NCBI GenBank assembly: GCA_963794945.1 | Contig: CAWCFT010000005.1 | Location: 32,001-96,000, forward strand | Direction of reading: 5' to 3' | DNA length: 64,000 nt | From: Endomicrobiales bacterium | GTDB taxonomy: Bacteria; Elusimicrobiota; Endomicrobiia; Endomicrobiales; CAWCFT01 | Shown: positions 54,069 through 64,000 of the stretch, in pieces | Layout: every line of letters begins with the position of its first letter | Numbering within the stretch: position 1 is the first letter of the stretch | Program-made: the position numbers and the translations under genes | Notes under the pieces: generated by a model | Database searches by the model: none | What the model was told of the DNA's origin: nothing | What the model saw: the letters and a program-made list of their open reading frames with translations, nothing else

Positions 54069-55322
54069 TCACGATTTAATAATCTTTATGCTTGGCAGCG
54101 GGAACAGCAATTTTCCCTTATTTTTAAGATAGTTCTGCTCTCTAGCAACAATATTTTCTTTAAAGTGCCAGGGTAAAACCATAAAATAATCAGGATTCAT
54201 ATCTTTCGCTTCTTTTTCGGAAATAATAGGTATCAATGTCCCGGGAGTATAGCTGCCAAACTTATCCTTGTTGACTTCAGCTATAAAAGGAATATCTTTC
54301 TTAGTAATGTTGCAAAACTGCAATATAACATTACCTTTAGTTGAAGCGCCATAGCCTAACACCAATTTCTTCTTCGAATTAATATTTTCAATATATTGGA
54401 TTAAAGAATCCCTATGTTTATAAATTCGCCTTTTAAACGCTACGTAAGGCTTTAAAGAGTCAAGACCTTTCCTGCTCTCGCTGATAATAATGTTAGCTAT
54501 TTTAGTGGTATTTTCTCGATATTGAGATTTTTCTTTTGCGACCATAACAGAAAAACTTCCTCCATTAATCTGATTAAACTCAATGTCAATTATTTTAAAT
54601 CCCACTACGTCAGCCATATATTTTATCTGTTTCAGTCTATAATATTCCAGATGTTCGTGGCAAATAGTGTCATAAGCGTTCATGGACAGCATGGTAGGCA
54701 TATAACTCTGTTCAAAAACCCACACTCCATTATCATCCAATACATCGTATACTTCCCGCATAAACTCAAGCGCTTCAATATCATAAAACATAGAAATAGA
54801 TGTAATTATTTTGGCTTTCTTATTCGCAAAAGCCTTCTTTACGGCTTTTGCAGAAAAGAATTCCGGCAACAATGTAATGTGCTTTGGATAATACTCCCTA
54901 AACTTTGTCCCAGTGGGATCAATTCCAACAAGCTGATATCTGTTTTGAGGGTATGCCTGCAAAAGAGTGCTGTCATTACTTCCAATATCAACAACTAAAT
55001 CACCTTCCAATAAGGAAACAATATCTAATATTCGATCAACTTTACCGTGCAAATGTTCAACCATTGAGAGATTAAGTCCGGATCTATACCCATAGTTTGC
55101 ACCGTACATCTCGTTTAAATTATATGATTGCCCTAACTGCACTAGCCCACAGACGTTATCGTTACCATCAGAATGACATTTCAACAATTCTAAAGGCCCA
55201 ATAGCATGTTTCTCATTTTTTGATTTTGGAAACACACCAGTTAAATACTGTGATCCTAAGTTAACAATTGAAATAAGTTTCTCATTTCCACAGATTCTGC
55301 ATCTCGTAATATTTTTCATCAT
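54069..55322 (-). CDS. SAM-dependent NDP-hexose C-methyltransferase family protein
   Basis: N-terminal CRIC..C..CGLVQ zinc motif, DIGSNDS, YDTICHEHLEYY, GYGASTKGN, LPWHFK. Confidence 0.85.
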   Translation of the reverse strand: MMKNITRCRICGNEKLISIVNLGSQYLTGVFPKSKNEKHAIGPLELLKCHSDGNDNVCGLVQLGQSYNLNEMYGANYGYRSGLNLSMVEHLHGKVDRILDIVSLLEGDLVVDIGSNDSTLLQAYPQNRYQLVGIDPTGTKFREYYPKHITLLPEFFSAKAVKKAFANKKAKIITSISMFYDIEALEFMREVYDVLDDNGVWVFEQSYMPTMLSMNAYDTICHEHLEYYRLKQIKYMADVVGFKIIDIEFNQINGGSFSVMVAKEKSQYRENTTKIANIIISESRKGLDSLKPYVAFKRRIYKHRDSLIQYIENINSKKKLVLGYGASTKGNVILQFCNITKKDIPFIAEVNKDKFGSYTPGTLIPIISEKEAKDMNPDYFMVLPWHFKENIVAREQNYLKNKGKLLFPLPSIKIIKS

Positions 55323-55410
55323 CTTCTAGACCTCCGTCATTTATGTATTTTTTCTATTATCTCATTCTTATAATTCGATATATTGATTACCTCATGCCTA
55401 TCCCTTCTTC

Positions 55411-55953
55411 TTACCAGACAATTATGCCACTGTTGGATAGATATTCTATAAGGTTTATGTCTTCCCTGGCACCTGTCTTTTGAGATATGGTAGCCAGAAT
55501 CGCATCACTTCGTGCTTTATCGTCTTGTTTTATTACACTGCATTTTATTCCATCAATATTCTTTATAAACATCTCTGCGATATTGATTATCTCTCCGCTT
55601 CCTGATAGCTCGAAATTGTCGTAGCCTTTGCCTATCTTATCGCTGATAAGCTTATTTAATCCATCTCTGACACCGGCGAGCATATTTATGGTCTTTAAAG
55701 TAAAATTGTAGGATTTTCTTGTTTTTTCGCTAAAACCTTTAGGTGTGAGCAGGTATTGGATCTTTTTCTGATTGAGTTGTTTAGCTTTAATATAGCCTTT
55801 CTTGATGAGGCTTTTAATGATGAGATTTGTGAGGCCAAGGGAAATACCGGTTCTTGTGGCAATAGCCCGCTGTCCTGGGAGATGATTGTTATGGATCTCT
55901 CTTATTACCGCTAATTCTTTTTCCGACATCTCTAATTGGTTATCAATAGCCAT
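55411..55953 (-). CDS. Winged-helix (MarR-type, EPS-locus-associated) transcriptional regulator
   Basis: QRAIA..GISLGLTN.IIK.LIKKGYIK..YLLTPKGFSEK; ATG start at 55953 (or 55929). Confidence 0.8.
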   Translation of the reverse strand: MAIDNQLEMSEKELAVIREIHNNHLPGQRAIATRTGISLGLTNLIIKSLIKKGYIKAKQLNQKKIQYLLTPKGFSEKTRKSYNFTLKTINMLAGVRDGLNKLISDKIGKGYDNFELSGSGEIINIAEMFIKNIDGIKCSVIKQDDKARSDAILATISQKTGAREDINLIEYLSNSGIIVW

Positions 55954-55967
55954 AAATGACCTTAAGG

Positions 55968-56012
55968 TGTTCAATTATTGAACATCTTATCTAATAGTAG
56001 GTTATTTGTCAA
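55968..56012 (-). promoter_or_regulatory. Promoter with an overlapping palindromic operator
   Basis: TTGACA-17bp-TAAGAT; perfect palindrome TGTTCAA-N3-TTGAACA at 55968-55984 over the predicted start site. Confidence 0.65.
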
Positions 56013-56019
56013 GCATTTT

Positions 56020-56963
56020 TTAAGTGTTAGGCAGGAATTTTCCGGAGCGGAAGAACTCGATTGTTTTGGTTAGCCCGTCTTCAAGTTTGACTTCTGGTTT
56101 CCAGTCAAGCTCGGTCCTTGCAATAGTAATATCAGGACGTCTTACTTTGGGGTCGTCTTGAGGAAGAGGTTTATGAATGATTTTCGATTTGCTGCCTGAA
56201 AGCCTTATAATGTGTTTTGCAAGTTCGTTCAATGTTATTTCATGAGGATTGCCAATATTAACTGGGCTATTAATACCTGAAACAGCAGCTTATAGATTCC
56301 TCTTACGAGGTCTGAAACATAACAGAATGACCTAGTCTGTTTGCCAGAGCCAAAAACAGTCACAGGTTTGTTCTTGATTGCTTGAGCAATGAATTCAGGC
56401 ACTGCCCTTCCGTCATGCCTTCTCATACGCGGGCCATAAGTATTGAATATTCTCAGTATTCTCACCTGCATCTTGTGATATCTGTGATATGCCATGGTCA
56501 TCGCTTCGGCAAAACGCTTAGCCTCATCATACACTCCTCGCGGGCCAATGGGATTAACATTTCCCCAGTAGGTTTCAGGCTGTGGGTTCACTAGGGGGTC
56601 GCCATATATCTCACTGGTTGAGGCGATCATAAACACTGCTTTTTTTTCTTTTGCCAGTCCCAACACTTTGTGAGTCCCTAATGCTCCTACCTTAAGGGTA
56701 GGTATGGGATGTTCAAGATAATCAAACGGGCTAGCCGGTGAAGCGAAATGCAATACCGCATCGAGTTTTCCCGGTACATGTATGAAATTAGTCACATCTT
56801 GTTTAATGAACTTGAACTTGCTGTTTCCGAAGAGATGTTCTATGTTTTTCAGATCGCCTGTGAGTAGATTATCCATTACGATCACTTCATGCCCTTTAGC
56901 AATAAAATAATCGCACAAATGCGACCCTAAAAAACCTGCACCGCCCGTAATTAAAACTCTCAT
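56020..56963 (-). CDS. UDP-glucuronic acid decarboxylase family (UXS); frameshift near 56281
   Basis: [36 protein letters not shown]; one added T restores [28 protein letters not shown]. Confidence 0.88.
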
Positions 56964-57008
56964 TAATATCTCCGTTTAAAATCTATTCTATTAAGCTTAT
57001 ATAACACT

Positions 57009-58305
57009 CTACATCCTTCCAATGCACTTATAATCGATGTTAAGTTTTTTCATTTGCGACGGTTCGAAGAGATTTCTGCCATCGATTATTATAGGGTGTT
57101 TCAATAGTTTCTTTATCTTAGTTAGATCAAGTTCCTTGAATTCATTCCACTCTGTTAGTATAACAAGGCAGTCAGCTCCTTTTGCTGTGTCATAAGAATT
57201 TTTTTGATAACTTATATTTTTAAGCACTTGCTTTGCCTTTCCCATGCCAGCCGGGTCATATGCCTGGATAAGCGCCCCATGCTCCTGAAGCTTCCCTATA
57301 ATGTCTATCGAAGGGGCAAACCTCATGTCGTCAGTATCCGGCTTAAACGCAAGGCCCAGTATACCTATGGTTTTCCCCTTAAGGTTCCATACAGCATCTT
57401 CGATCTTTTTTACGAGTAAAAGCCTCTGTTGTTCATTGATCTCTTTCACTTCTTTCAGAAGTTTGAAATCAAAACCCTGTTTTTTTGATATCCAATAAAA
57501 AGCCTCGAGGTCTTTAGGGAAACAAAAACCGCCAAAACCAATACCCGCATTAAGGAATGATTTCCCTATGCGTTTGTCCATACCCATGCCTTCGGCAACT
57601 TTTGCCACGTCGGCGCCTGTTTTTTCACACAGGTTAGCCACGGCGTTGATATATGATATCTTCATTGCAAGGAAGGAGTTCGAAGCGTGTTTTATTATCT
57701 CGGCGCTTTTTATATCCGTAACCAACACGGGCGCCTTTATCGGTGAATATATTTCTTTTAGCAGATTCTCTGCCTTCTTTGTTTTTACGCCAATAACTAT
57801 CCTGTCCGGATTGAACGTGTCATAAACCGCCGAACCCTCCCTGAGGAACTCGGGGTTCGACGCGACATCGAAATCTACGTTCTTTTTTATATTGCGCTTG
57901 ATGGTCATTTCGACCCATTCACCCGTCTCGACTGGGACCGTAGATTTATCTACAATAAGCTTATAGCAGTCCATGCTCTCAGCAATGTCCCTGGCAACAG
58001 TTTCAACGTAGGACAGATCGGCAGAACCGTCATCACGCGGAGGTGTTCCGACAGCTATGAATATTATTTCAAACTTCTTCACCGCGTCCTTGAGCTCGCG
58101 AAGTGAATGATAAACGTTTATTTTTCGTATTTTTTCTTACTATCTCTTCGAGGCCAGGTTCGTATATAGGTATCTTGTTCTTCTTGAGAAGTGTTATCTT
58201 TGAGATATCATTATCTACGCACACTACCTTATGACCGAGCTCTGCCATGCAGGCTCCAGTCACCAACCCTACGTAGCCAGTACCGATTACGCATATATTT
58301 CTCAT
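57009..58305 (-). CDS. ugd: UDP-glucose 6-dehydrogenase; frameshift near 58098
   Basis: IGTGYVGL in the 5' [40 protein letters not shown] in the 3' ORF. Confidence 0.9.
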
Positions 58306-58317
58306 TTTTACCCCTTA

Positions 58318-59205
58318 TTACAGATTGTTATTTTCTGTTAAAAATTCTTTAACCGCTTCCTGCCACGGCCTTATAGGGTCAAATCCGCTTAACTGCCACA
58401 CATAATTCTTCATAGCTGAAAATACAGGCCTCACGGCTGGTAGATTCAATTCACTGAGCTTGACTTTCTTTATCTTACCTGCCGGGAGATCCATCATTTT
58501 TGATATTTCCATAGCTATATCGTATCTTGAAGCAAAACCAGAATTGGTCAGATGGTATAGGCCGTATTTCCCCGAATCAATAAGTTTTGCTATCGCGAAA
58601 GCCAAGTCATTTACATAGGTCGGAGAACTTACCATGTCTTCCGCCATGTTGGCCGGTTTTCCTTCTTTCAAAGCATCTGCGATTTGTGTCACGAAATTCT
58701 TCCGTCTTGAACCGTAAAGCCATGATGTTCTTGTAATGTAATACTTATTTAAAAGGCTCTGCACATAGCGTTCACCTTCGTATTTCGATCTCGCGTATAC
58801 GCTCAACGGGCACACGTCGTCAAACTCCGTGTAACCGTTGATTGAAGCTTTGGATGGTTTTCCGGAAAACACATAATCGGTGGAAACATACAACATGGCG
58901 GCATCGAACCGCTGGCAGCAAACAGCAACATTCCGAGTCGCGACAGAATTAAGTTTATACGCCAGGTCGGGATCAGTTTCACATTTGTCGACATCGGTAA
59001 GCGCAACGGTGTGTATGACAACATCGGGGTTTATCTTTGTGATAGTTTTATTTGCAATTTCAAAATCTGTCAGGTCAATATTAAAGTTTCTAGAACCGCC
59101 GGACGGATTAACTATATCTATCCCGTATACCTCGTGTTTATCCTTCAAGGTACTGTACAACGCCGTGCCCAGCATCCCGTTAATACCGGTTATCAATACT
59201 TTCAT
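58318..59205 (-). CDS. rfbD: dTDP-4-dehydrorhamnose reductase
   Basis: TGINGMLG, STDYVF, YARSK, SPTYV.DLA. Confidence 0.92.
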   Translation of the reverse strand: MKVLITGINGMLGTALYSTLKDKHEVYGIDIVNPSGGSRNFNIDLTDFEIANKTITKINPDVVIHTVALTDVDKCETDPDLAYKLNSVATRNVAVCCQRFDAAMLYVSTDYVFSGKPSKASINGYTEFDDVCPLSVYARSKYEGERYVQSLLNKYYITRTSWLYGSRRKNFVTQIADALKEGKPANMAEDMVSSPTYVNDLAFAIAKLIDSGKYGLYHLTNSGFASRYDIAMEISKMMDLPAGKIKKVKLSELNLPAVRPVFSAMKNYVWQLSGFDPIRPWQEAVKEFLTENNNL

Positions 59206-59216
59206 AGTGGATTCAA

Positions 59217-59250
59217 TTAAAGATTAAAAATTTGAAGATTTAAGATTAAA
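59217..59250. repeat. 7-mer repeat arm at the 3' end of the four-helix-bundle gene
   Basis: TTAAAGA TTAAAAA TTTGAAGA TTTAAGA TT; complementary to AATCTTA AATCTTA AATTT at ~59615-59633. Confidence 0.6.
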
Positions 59251-59614
59251 ATCTGTTTGCCTTTAGATATTTGATAAAACTTGATAGTTGTTTAGATATT
59301 GAGACAATATTGTTCAATGACGTCCGAAAATCTGATTCAGAAATATATCCTAAATCAAATGCCAAATATAGCTGCGCTCTAACTTCACCAGCCGACCCTT
59401 TTGAATATTTAAGAAATATAACGAATTCTTTATTGTTTTCCCTTTCAAAACCTTCTGCTATATTTGATAGTATTGAAACAGATGACCTTTGTATTTGATC
59501 ACGTAAGCCGTAATCCTTGCTAAATCTTGCCGTATTAGTGAAAGAATATATTTTCGCAACAAGCTTTCTCGCATCTATCCAAACAGGCAGGTCTTCGAAT
59601 CTTTCAATTTTCAT
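59246..59614 (-). CDS. Four-helix-bundle protein (23S rRNA intervening-sequence protein family)
   Basis: FEDLPVW, DYGLRDQIQRSSVSILSNIAEGFER, F..FL.YSKGSAGEVRAQL. Confidence 0.92.
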   Translation of the reverse strand: MKIERFEDLPVWIDARKLVAKIYSFTNTARFSKDYGLRDQIQRSSVSILSNIAEGFERENNKEFVIFLKYSKGSAGEVRAQLYLAFDLGYISESDFRTSLNNIVSISKQLSSFIKYLKANRF

Positions 59615-59625
59615 AATCTTAAATC

Positions 59626-60627
59626 TTAAATTTGCCTGTATTGCTTATTATAGTAACTGTGGAAATCCTTATCTTTGAGTTTTTTCCACCACCATTCGTT
59701 ATTTATATACCATTCGACTGTCTGTCTTAGAAGCTGGGCGAAGTTTTTTGAAGGCTTGTAGCCGAGCTCTTTCTTTATCTTTGAGAAATCCAGCGAATAA
59801 CGCCTGTCATGCCCGGGCCTGTCGGCCACTTTCTTAATTAGATCTTTGCCTTTTCCGGTGTATTTTAGTATAAGCTCAGTAAGCTCGAGATTTGTTATCT
59901 CGTTACCGCCACCGATATTGTACACTTCTCCGATCCTGCCCTTATGTAAGGCCAGGCTTATGCCTTTGCAGTGATCCAGGACGTAAAGCCAGTCGCGGAC
60001 ATTCTTGCCGTCTCCATAGAGCGGAAGCTGTTTGTCTTCAATGGCATTAGTTACGAAAAGTGGTATGACTTTTTCCGGGTACTGGTATGGGCCGAAATTG
60101 TTTGACGCGCGGGTTATGATCACTGGAACTTTATGGGTTACGTAATAAGAGCGGGCCAGCAAGTCTCCCCCCGCTTTTGAAGAGGAATAAGGACTGTTCG
60201 GTGATAAAGGCGACTTTTCGTTAAATGACCCTTTTCGGATGCTGCCGTAAACTTCGTCTGTAGATATCTGGACGTATCTTTGAGTACCATACTTCTTGGC
60301 TGCCTCAAGCAAGTTGTGCGTTCCGAAAACATCGGTCTCTATGAATGAGCCCGATTCCATTATGGAACGGTCAACATGAGTTTCTGCTGCAAAGTTGACT
60401 ATGGCGTCCACCTGCGGCACAAGCTTATCAACTATCTTTTTATCACAGATATCACCTTTCACGAATTTATGCCGTTTATTGTTGTTGAGATCCTTAAGGT
60501 TGTCAAGGTTTCCCGCGTAGGTCAGTTTGTCGAGGTTGATAACGCTGTGCTTCGGATAGGAAGTCAGTATTTGCCTTATAAAATTAGATCCTATGAACCC
60601 GGCACCGCCGGTAACAAGAATTTTCAT
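59626..60627 (-). CDS. rfbB: dTDP-glucose 4,6-dehydratase
   Basis: DKLTYAGN, FAAETHVDRSI, STDEVYG, YSSSK, DRPGHDRRY. Confidence 0.95.
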   Translation of the reverse strand: MKILVTGGAGFIGSNFIRQILTSYPKHSVINLDKLTYAGNLDNLKDLNNNKRHKFVKGDICDKKIVDKLVPQVDAIVNFAAETHVDRSIMESGSFIETDVFGTHNLLEAAKKYGTQRYVQISTDEVYGSIRKGSFNEKSPLSPNSPYSSSKAGGDLLARSYYVTHKVPVIITRASNNFGPYQYPEKVIPLFVTNAIEDKQLPLYGDGKNVRDWLYVLDHCKGISLALHKGRIGEVYNIGGGNEITNLELTELILKYTGKGKDLIKKVADRPGHDRRYSLDFSKIKKELGYKPSKNFAQLLRQTVEWYINNEWWWKKLKDKDFHSYYNKQYRQI

Positions 60628-60647
60628 ATCAATCTATTTCCTTTTTA

Positions 60648-61631
60648 TCAATCTACAAGAGCTATTTTAGAGGCCCATTTCTTGTTATCAAGGTACCACT
60701 CAACTGTTCTTTTCATACCTTCATCAAGGCTTACTTCTGGTTTCCAATTCAACAGTCTGCCTGCCTTAGATATGTCGGCCCAGGTTGCTTTAATGTCGGA
60801 TTTATTAAATGGTAAATATTTAATCTTTGCTTTTTTATTAAGGTATTTTTCGATCAGCTTTATCATGTATATCAGTTCATAGGGCTTATTTCCGCCAAGA
60901 TTAATTACCTCAAAACCGACTTTCTTTGTTGCCTTTATCGTGCCTCTTGCGATGTCATCAACGTAGGTAAAATCCCTGGTCTGTTTCCCATCGCCATAAA
61001 CATCTATAGGCTTTCCGCTGTCAATCTGGCTAATGAACCTGAAAACGCTCATATCCGGCCTTCCCGCCGGACCGTACACCGTAAAATACCTGACTATCGT
61101 AACGTCAATAGCATACAAATAATGATACGCGTAACACATAACCTCCGCGCCTTTCTTTGAAGCCGCGTAGGGTGATATAGGGGTGTTGACTGCCAAAGCT
61201 TCCGAAAAAGGCATTTTTTGGCCCGCATAAAGCGAAGACGTCGAGGCCAGGACAAACTTCTCTATTTTGTGTTGTCTTGCGCATTCAAGCAGATTCAGCG
61301 TTCCCTGGGCGTTCGTGCTCATGTAAACGTCAGGGTTTATCATACTGTATCTTACGCCAGCTCGAGCCGCGAGGTTTATAATGGCACTGAACTTAAATCT
61401 CTTGAACACGCTTTTAAGAAACACTTTATTCTCAATGTCACCTTTAATGAAAATAAAATCTTTATTCCCCGCAAACTGCTCAAGCCTGTGTTTTTTAAGC
61501 CGGGTATCGTAATAAGAGTTTAGGTTGTCAATACAAACGACACCGTCGCCGTTATCAAGGAGTTTTTCTACGGTCTTTGAGCCGATGAAACCGGCTCCGC
61601 CAGTCAAAAGATATTTTTGTTTCATTGCCAT
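60648..61631 (-). CDS. NAD-dependent epimerase (UDP-glucuronate 4-epimerase-like)
   Basis: TGGAGFIG, LAARAGVRYS, SPYAASK, FTVYGPAGRPDM. Confidence 0.88.
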   Translation of the reverse strand: MAMKQKYLLTGGAGFIGSKTVEKLLDNGDGVVCIDNLNSYYDTRLKKHRLEQFAGNKDFIFIKGDIENKVFLKSVFKRFKFSAIINLAARAGVRYSMINPDVYMSTNAQGTLNLLECARQHKIEKFVLASTSSLYAGQKMPFSEALAVNTPISPYAASKKGAEVMCYAYHYLYAIDVTIVRYFTVYGPAGRPDMSVFRFISQIDSGKPIDVYGDGKQTRDFTYVDDIARGTIKATKKVGFEVINLGGNKPYELIYMIKLIEKYLNKKAKIKYLPFNKSDIKATWADISKAGRLLNWKPEVSLDEGMKRTVEWYLDNKKWASKIALVD

Positions 61632-61632
61632 T

Positions 61633-62089
61633 TTAGCCGTCTATCCTTTCCCAATTGTAAGGGATCTTCTTCGTGTGCGCCGGCAGCCTGTATTCGTTCT
61701 GGTTTCTTATAATTGTATGTTTCTGTAGGCAAATTCATTATCAGTGCTTCCTGTTCTGAGATGCACTTAAAACCGTGATATACGTCCGGTGGTATCTGGA
61801 TGAGTATTGGATTGTACTCACCCATGAACACTTCCATGACTTCGCCTTTTGTCTTTGAGCCAGATCTTAAATCATAAAGCACAACTTTCATCATGCCTTT
61901 TATACAGATGAAGGTGTCTGTCTGTATCTTGTGATAATGCCAAGCCTTAACCACGCCCGGGTACCCTGTGGTAAGGTATGCCTGCCCAAATTTTTTAAAC
62001 TCAGGCCAGTCAGTCCTGAAAAGCTCCATTAGCCTGCCACGCTCGTCGCAGTGAAATTTAAGCTGTTTGATGTTTACACCGCTTATCAT
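61633..62089 (-). CDS. rfbC: dTDP-4-dehydrorhamnose 3,5-epimerase family (RmlC cupin); frameshift near 61698
   Basis: DERGRL, GVVKAWHYH, IPPDVYHGF; removing one A gives PDEYRLPAHTKKIPYNWERIDG-stop at 61633. Confidence 0.85.
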
Positions 62090-62110
62090 TGTTTTCTCCG
62101 TTGAAGCGTT

Positions 62111-63172
62111 CTATATTATTTCAACTTTCGATGAGTCTCCCACCATGATGCGGTATGCGGCGGGTCTCTTCTCAGTTTTCTTTATGCTTACGTTCTGACC
62201 TATAAGCGAGTCTTCAAGGCGCTTTATATCCTTGATGCTGGAGTTCTCAAGAATTATAGAATGTTCTATCTCGCTTTCAGATATATTGCAGTTGAAGTAA
62301 ACCGAAGTGAACGGCCCGATATACGAATTAGTAACTTTAGTGTTCTCGCCGATTATGGCTGGGCCGCGTATACAACTATTTACAATCTGGGCGCCTTTTT
62401 CGATCACGACGTTTCCTTCTATCTTGGACTCCTTATCTACAGACCCTGCTATTTCACATTTTTTTGTTTCCAGAATAAGGCGGTTCGCTTCCAGCATGTC
62501 TTCAAGTTTTCCCGTATCTTTCCACCAGCCCTGCACTATGTGAGGATGAACTGAATATTTATTGTCTATAAGATATTGGATGGCGTCAGTGATCTCAAGC
62601 TCGCCGCGAGGCGAAGGTTTAATCGCATTTACCGCTTTGAATATATTCTTATCAAACATATAAACACCAACGAGAGCCAGATCGCTCTGCGGTTGTTTGG
62701 GTTTTTCTTCAAGGTTGATCACCTTACCGTCTCTAAGCACCGCGACACCGAATTGTTGCGGATTGGGCACTCTTGCAAGCAGGATCTGGGCATTAGGTTT
62801 GTTGTTCTTGAATTCCTTGACTATAGGCAGTATGCCGTCTTTAATCAGGTTATCCCCAAGGTACATCACAAAATCTTCTCCGTCTATGAATTTTTCTGCG
62901 ATTTTTACCGCATGCGCAAGACCCAAGGGCGCTTCCTGCTCGATATACTCAACCTGTATTCCCCATTTCGAACCGTTGCCCACTGTGTCTTTGATCTCTT
63001 TTTTAGTATCTCCGACGATAATGCCTACTTTCTTGATCCCAGCCTGGGCAATAGCCTCGATCCCATAGAAAAGAATGGGTTTATTAGCTATAGGGACAAG
63101 TTGTTTAGCCGATGTATGGGTAATTGGACGAAGGCGTGTACCCTTGCCTCCGGACAGAATAAGTGCTTTCAT
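62111..63172 (-). CDS. rfbA: Glucose-1-phosphate thymidylyltransferase (long form)
   Basis: LSGGKGTRLRPIT..KQLVP, LGDN, EEKP, RGELEITDA, WWKDTG. Confidence 0.92.
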   Translation of the reverse strand: MKALILSGGKGTRLRPITHTSAKQLVPIANKPILFYGIEAIAQAGIKKVGIIVGDTKKEIKDTVGNGSKWGIQVEYIEQEAPLGLAHAVKIAEKFIDGEDFVMYLGDNLIKDGILPIVKEFKNNKPNAQILLARVPNPQQFGVAVLRDGKVINLEEKPKQPQSDLALVGVYMFDKNIFKAVNAIKPSPRGELEITDAIQYLIDNKYSVHPHIVQGWWKDTGKLEDMLEANRLILETKKCEIAGSVDKESKIEGNVVIEKGAQIVNSCIRGPAIIGENTKVTNSYIGPFTSVYFNCNISESEIEHSIILENSSIKDIKRLEDSLIGQNVSIKKTEKRPAAYRIMVGDSSKVEII

Positions 63173-63202
63173 TTTGCTCCAAATATGAGACTTGAGATCG
63201 TC

Positions 63203-64000
63203 TTAAACCTTCTCCCGCCAATAATTCAGCAAATCGAGAAGTGTCTTTTCGAACGGTATCTCTGGCTTCCACCCTGTCGCCTGTCTAAATTTTGCATTGT
63301 CGCCCAGAAGTATCATCACGTCCGAAGGCCTCATACGTGCCGGTTGCTGTTCTACTTTGACCTTTATCTTTGAATAGCTAAGTAAAATATCAAGTACTTC
63401 CTGTATCTTCCAGTCTTTTCCCTGACAAATATTGTATTCCTCTCCGCGCTTGCATTTCTCAGTGGCAAGCCAATATCCTCTCACCATATCGCGGACATCG
63501 GTGTAGTCGCGCCGGGCATCCAGATTTCCAACATGGATAACTGGAGGTAGTTTGCCTTTCTCTATTTTAGCTATCTGACTTGCAAAATTACTTTCCACGA
63601 ACACTTCACCTCTTCGCGGCCCGGTATGATTGAACCCTCTGGTCCTAACAATATTCATTCCGTACGACATAGCGTACTGGTAACCAAGCATGTCCTGACC
63701 AACCTTCGATACTCCATAAGGTGAGAGAGGCCTCAACGGGTTCGTTTCTTTGATCGGTGTTTCTTCTGGGAGCACCATTCCGTACTCTTCTGATGAGCAT
63801 GCTATCTGTATCCAGGGACTAATACCGATTTTTTGAACGGCTTCAAATATATTAAGTTCCCCTATTATGTTTGTTGTGATGGTTTCGGCAGGCGCGTTCC
63901 ATGAAGTCGGTACGAAACTTTGGGCCGCAAGGTGGAATATTTTATCTGGCTTTATTAAATCGATGGCTTTTTCTACGCTTGACGCATCCCTCATATCACA
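63203..64000 (-). CDS. GDP-mannose 4,6-dehydratase / GDP-6-deoxy-ketohexose reductase family SDR (5' end outside the window)
   Basis: HLAAQSFV, SSEEYG, SPYGVSK, FNHTGPR, GNLDARRDY. Confidence 0.85.
   Translation of the reverse strand, partial: CDMRDASSVEKAIDLIKPDKIFHLAAQSFVPTSWNAPAETITTNIIGELNIFEAVQKIGISPWIQIACSSEEYGMVLPEETPIKETNPLRPLSPYGVSKVGQDMLGYQYAMSYGMNIVRTRGFNHTGPRRGEVFVESNFASQIAKIEKGKLPPVIHVGNLDARRDYTDVRDMVRGYWLATEKCKRGEEYNICQGKDWKIQEVLDILLSYSKIKVKVEQQPARMRPSDVMILLGDNAKFRQATGWKPEIPFEKTLLDLLNYWREKV

Noticed and set aside
59246..59614. Diversity-generating retroelement (the four-helix bundle resembles bAvd)
   Set aside because: No reverse transcriptase or TR/VR repeat pair is visible in the window
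62576..63373. Long plus-strand ORFs (e.g. this 265-aa ORF, 28055-28636, 40818-41333, 19204-19707)
   Set aside because: They are antisense shadows of well-supported minus-strand genes, with no recognisable motifs

Overview
Chromosomal window from a diderm (Gram-negative) bacterium. The gene content is reminiscent of Elusimicrobiota, but this is inference only. Almost all genes lie on the minus strand. Left part (1-21.6 kb): glgP, tRNA-Gly(GCC), tRNA-Leu(GAG), secG, pgk, gap and a ComF-family gene. An outer-membrane module follows, with a ~1830-aa SprA/Sov-like giant beta-barrel, divergent lptF/lptG, and a PorV/TraF/FadL-like barrel paired with a TPR lipoprotein; then ahcY and metK. Right part (21.6-64 kb): a large LPS/O-antigen/EPS locus split by recA. 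It encodes nucleotide-sugar enzymes (rmlABCD, ugd, uxs-like), a priming transferase, many GT2/GT4/GT9 enzymes (two of them fusions), murJ, wzx, two Wzy/O-antigen-ligase-family proteins, an NDP-sugar C-methyltransferase and a MarR-type regulator. Mobile DNA: two inverted 1271-bp IS4-family copies, each with its own 9-bp target duplication. One separates lptF from its likely promoter and the other splits a 644-aa membrane protein gene. There is also one IS3-family (IS2-group) element with an apparent adjacent deletion. About ten 1-2 bp indels split otherwise intact genes and look like long-read consensus errors. Other notable non-coding structure: inverted heptamer-repeat hairpins (three empty, one enclosing a four-helix-bundle gene) and a tRNA-3'-end/terminator repeat. 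No CRISPR array, rRNA or prophage was seen.
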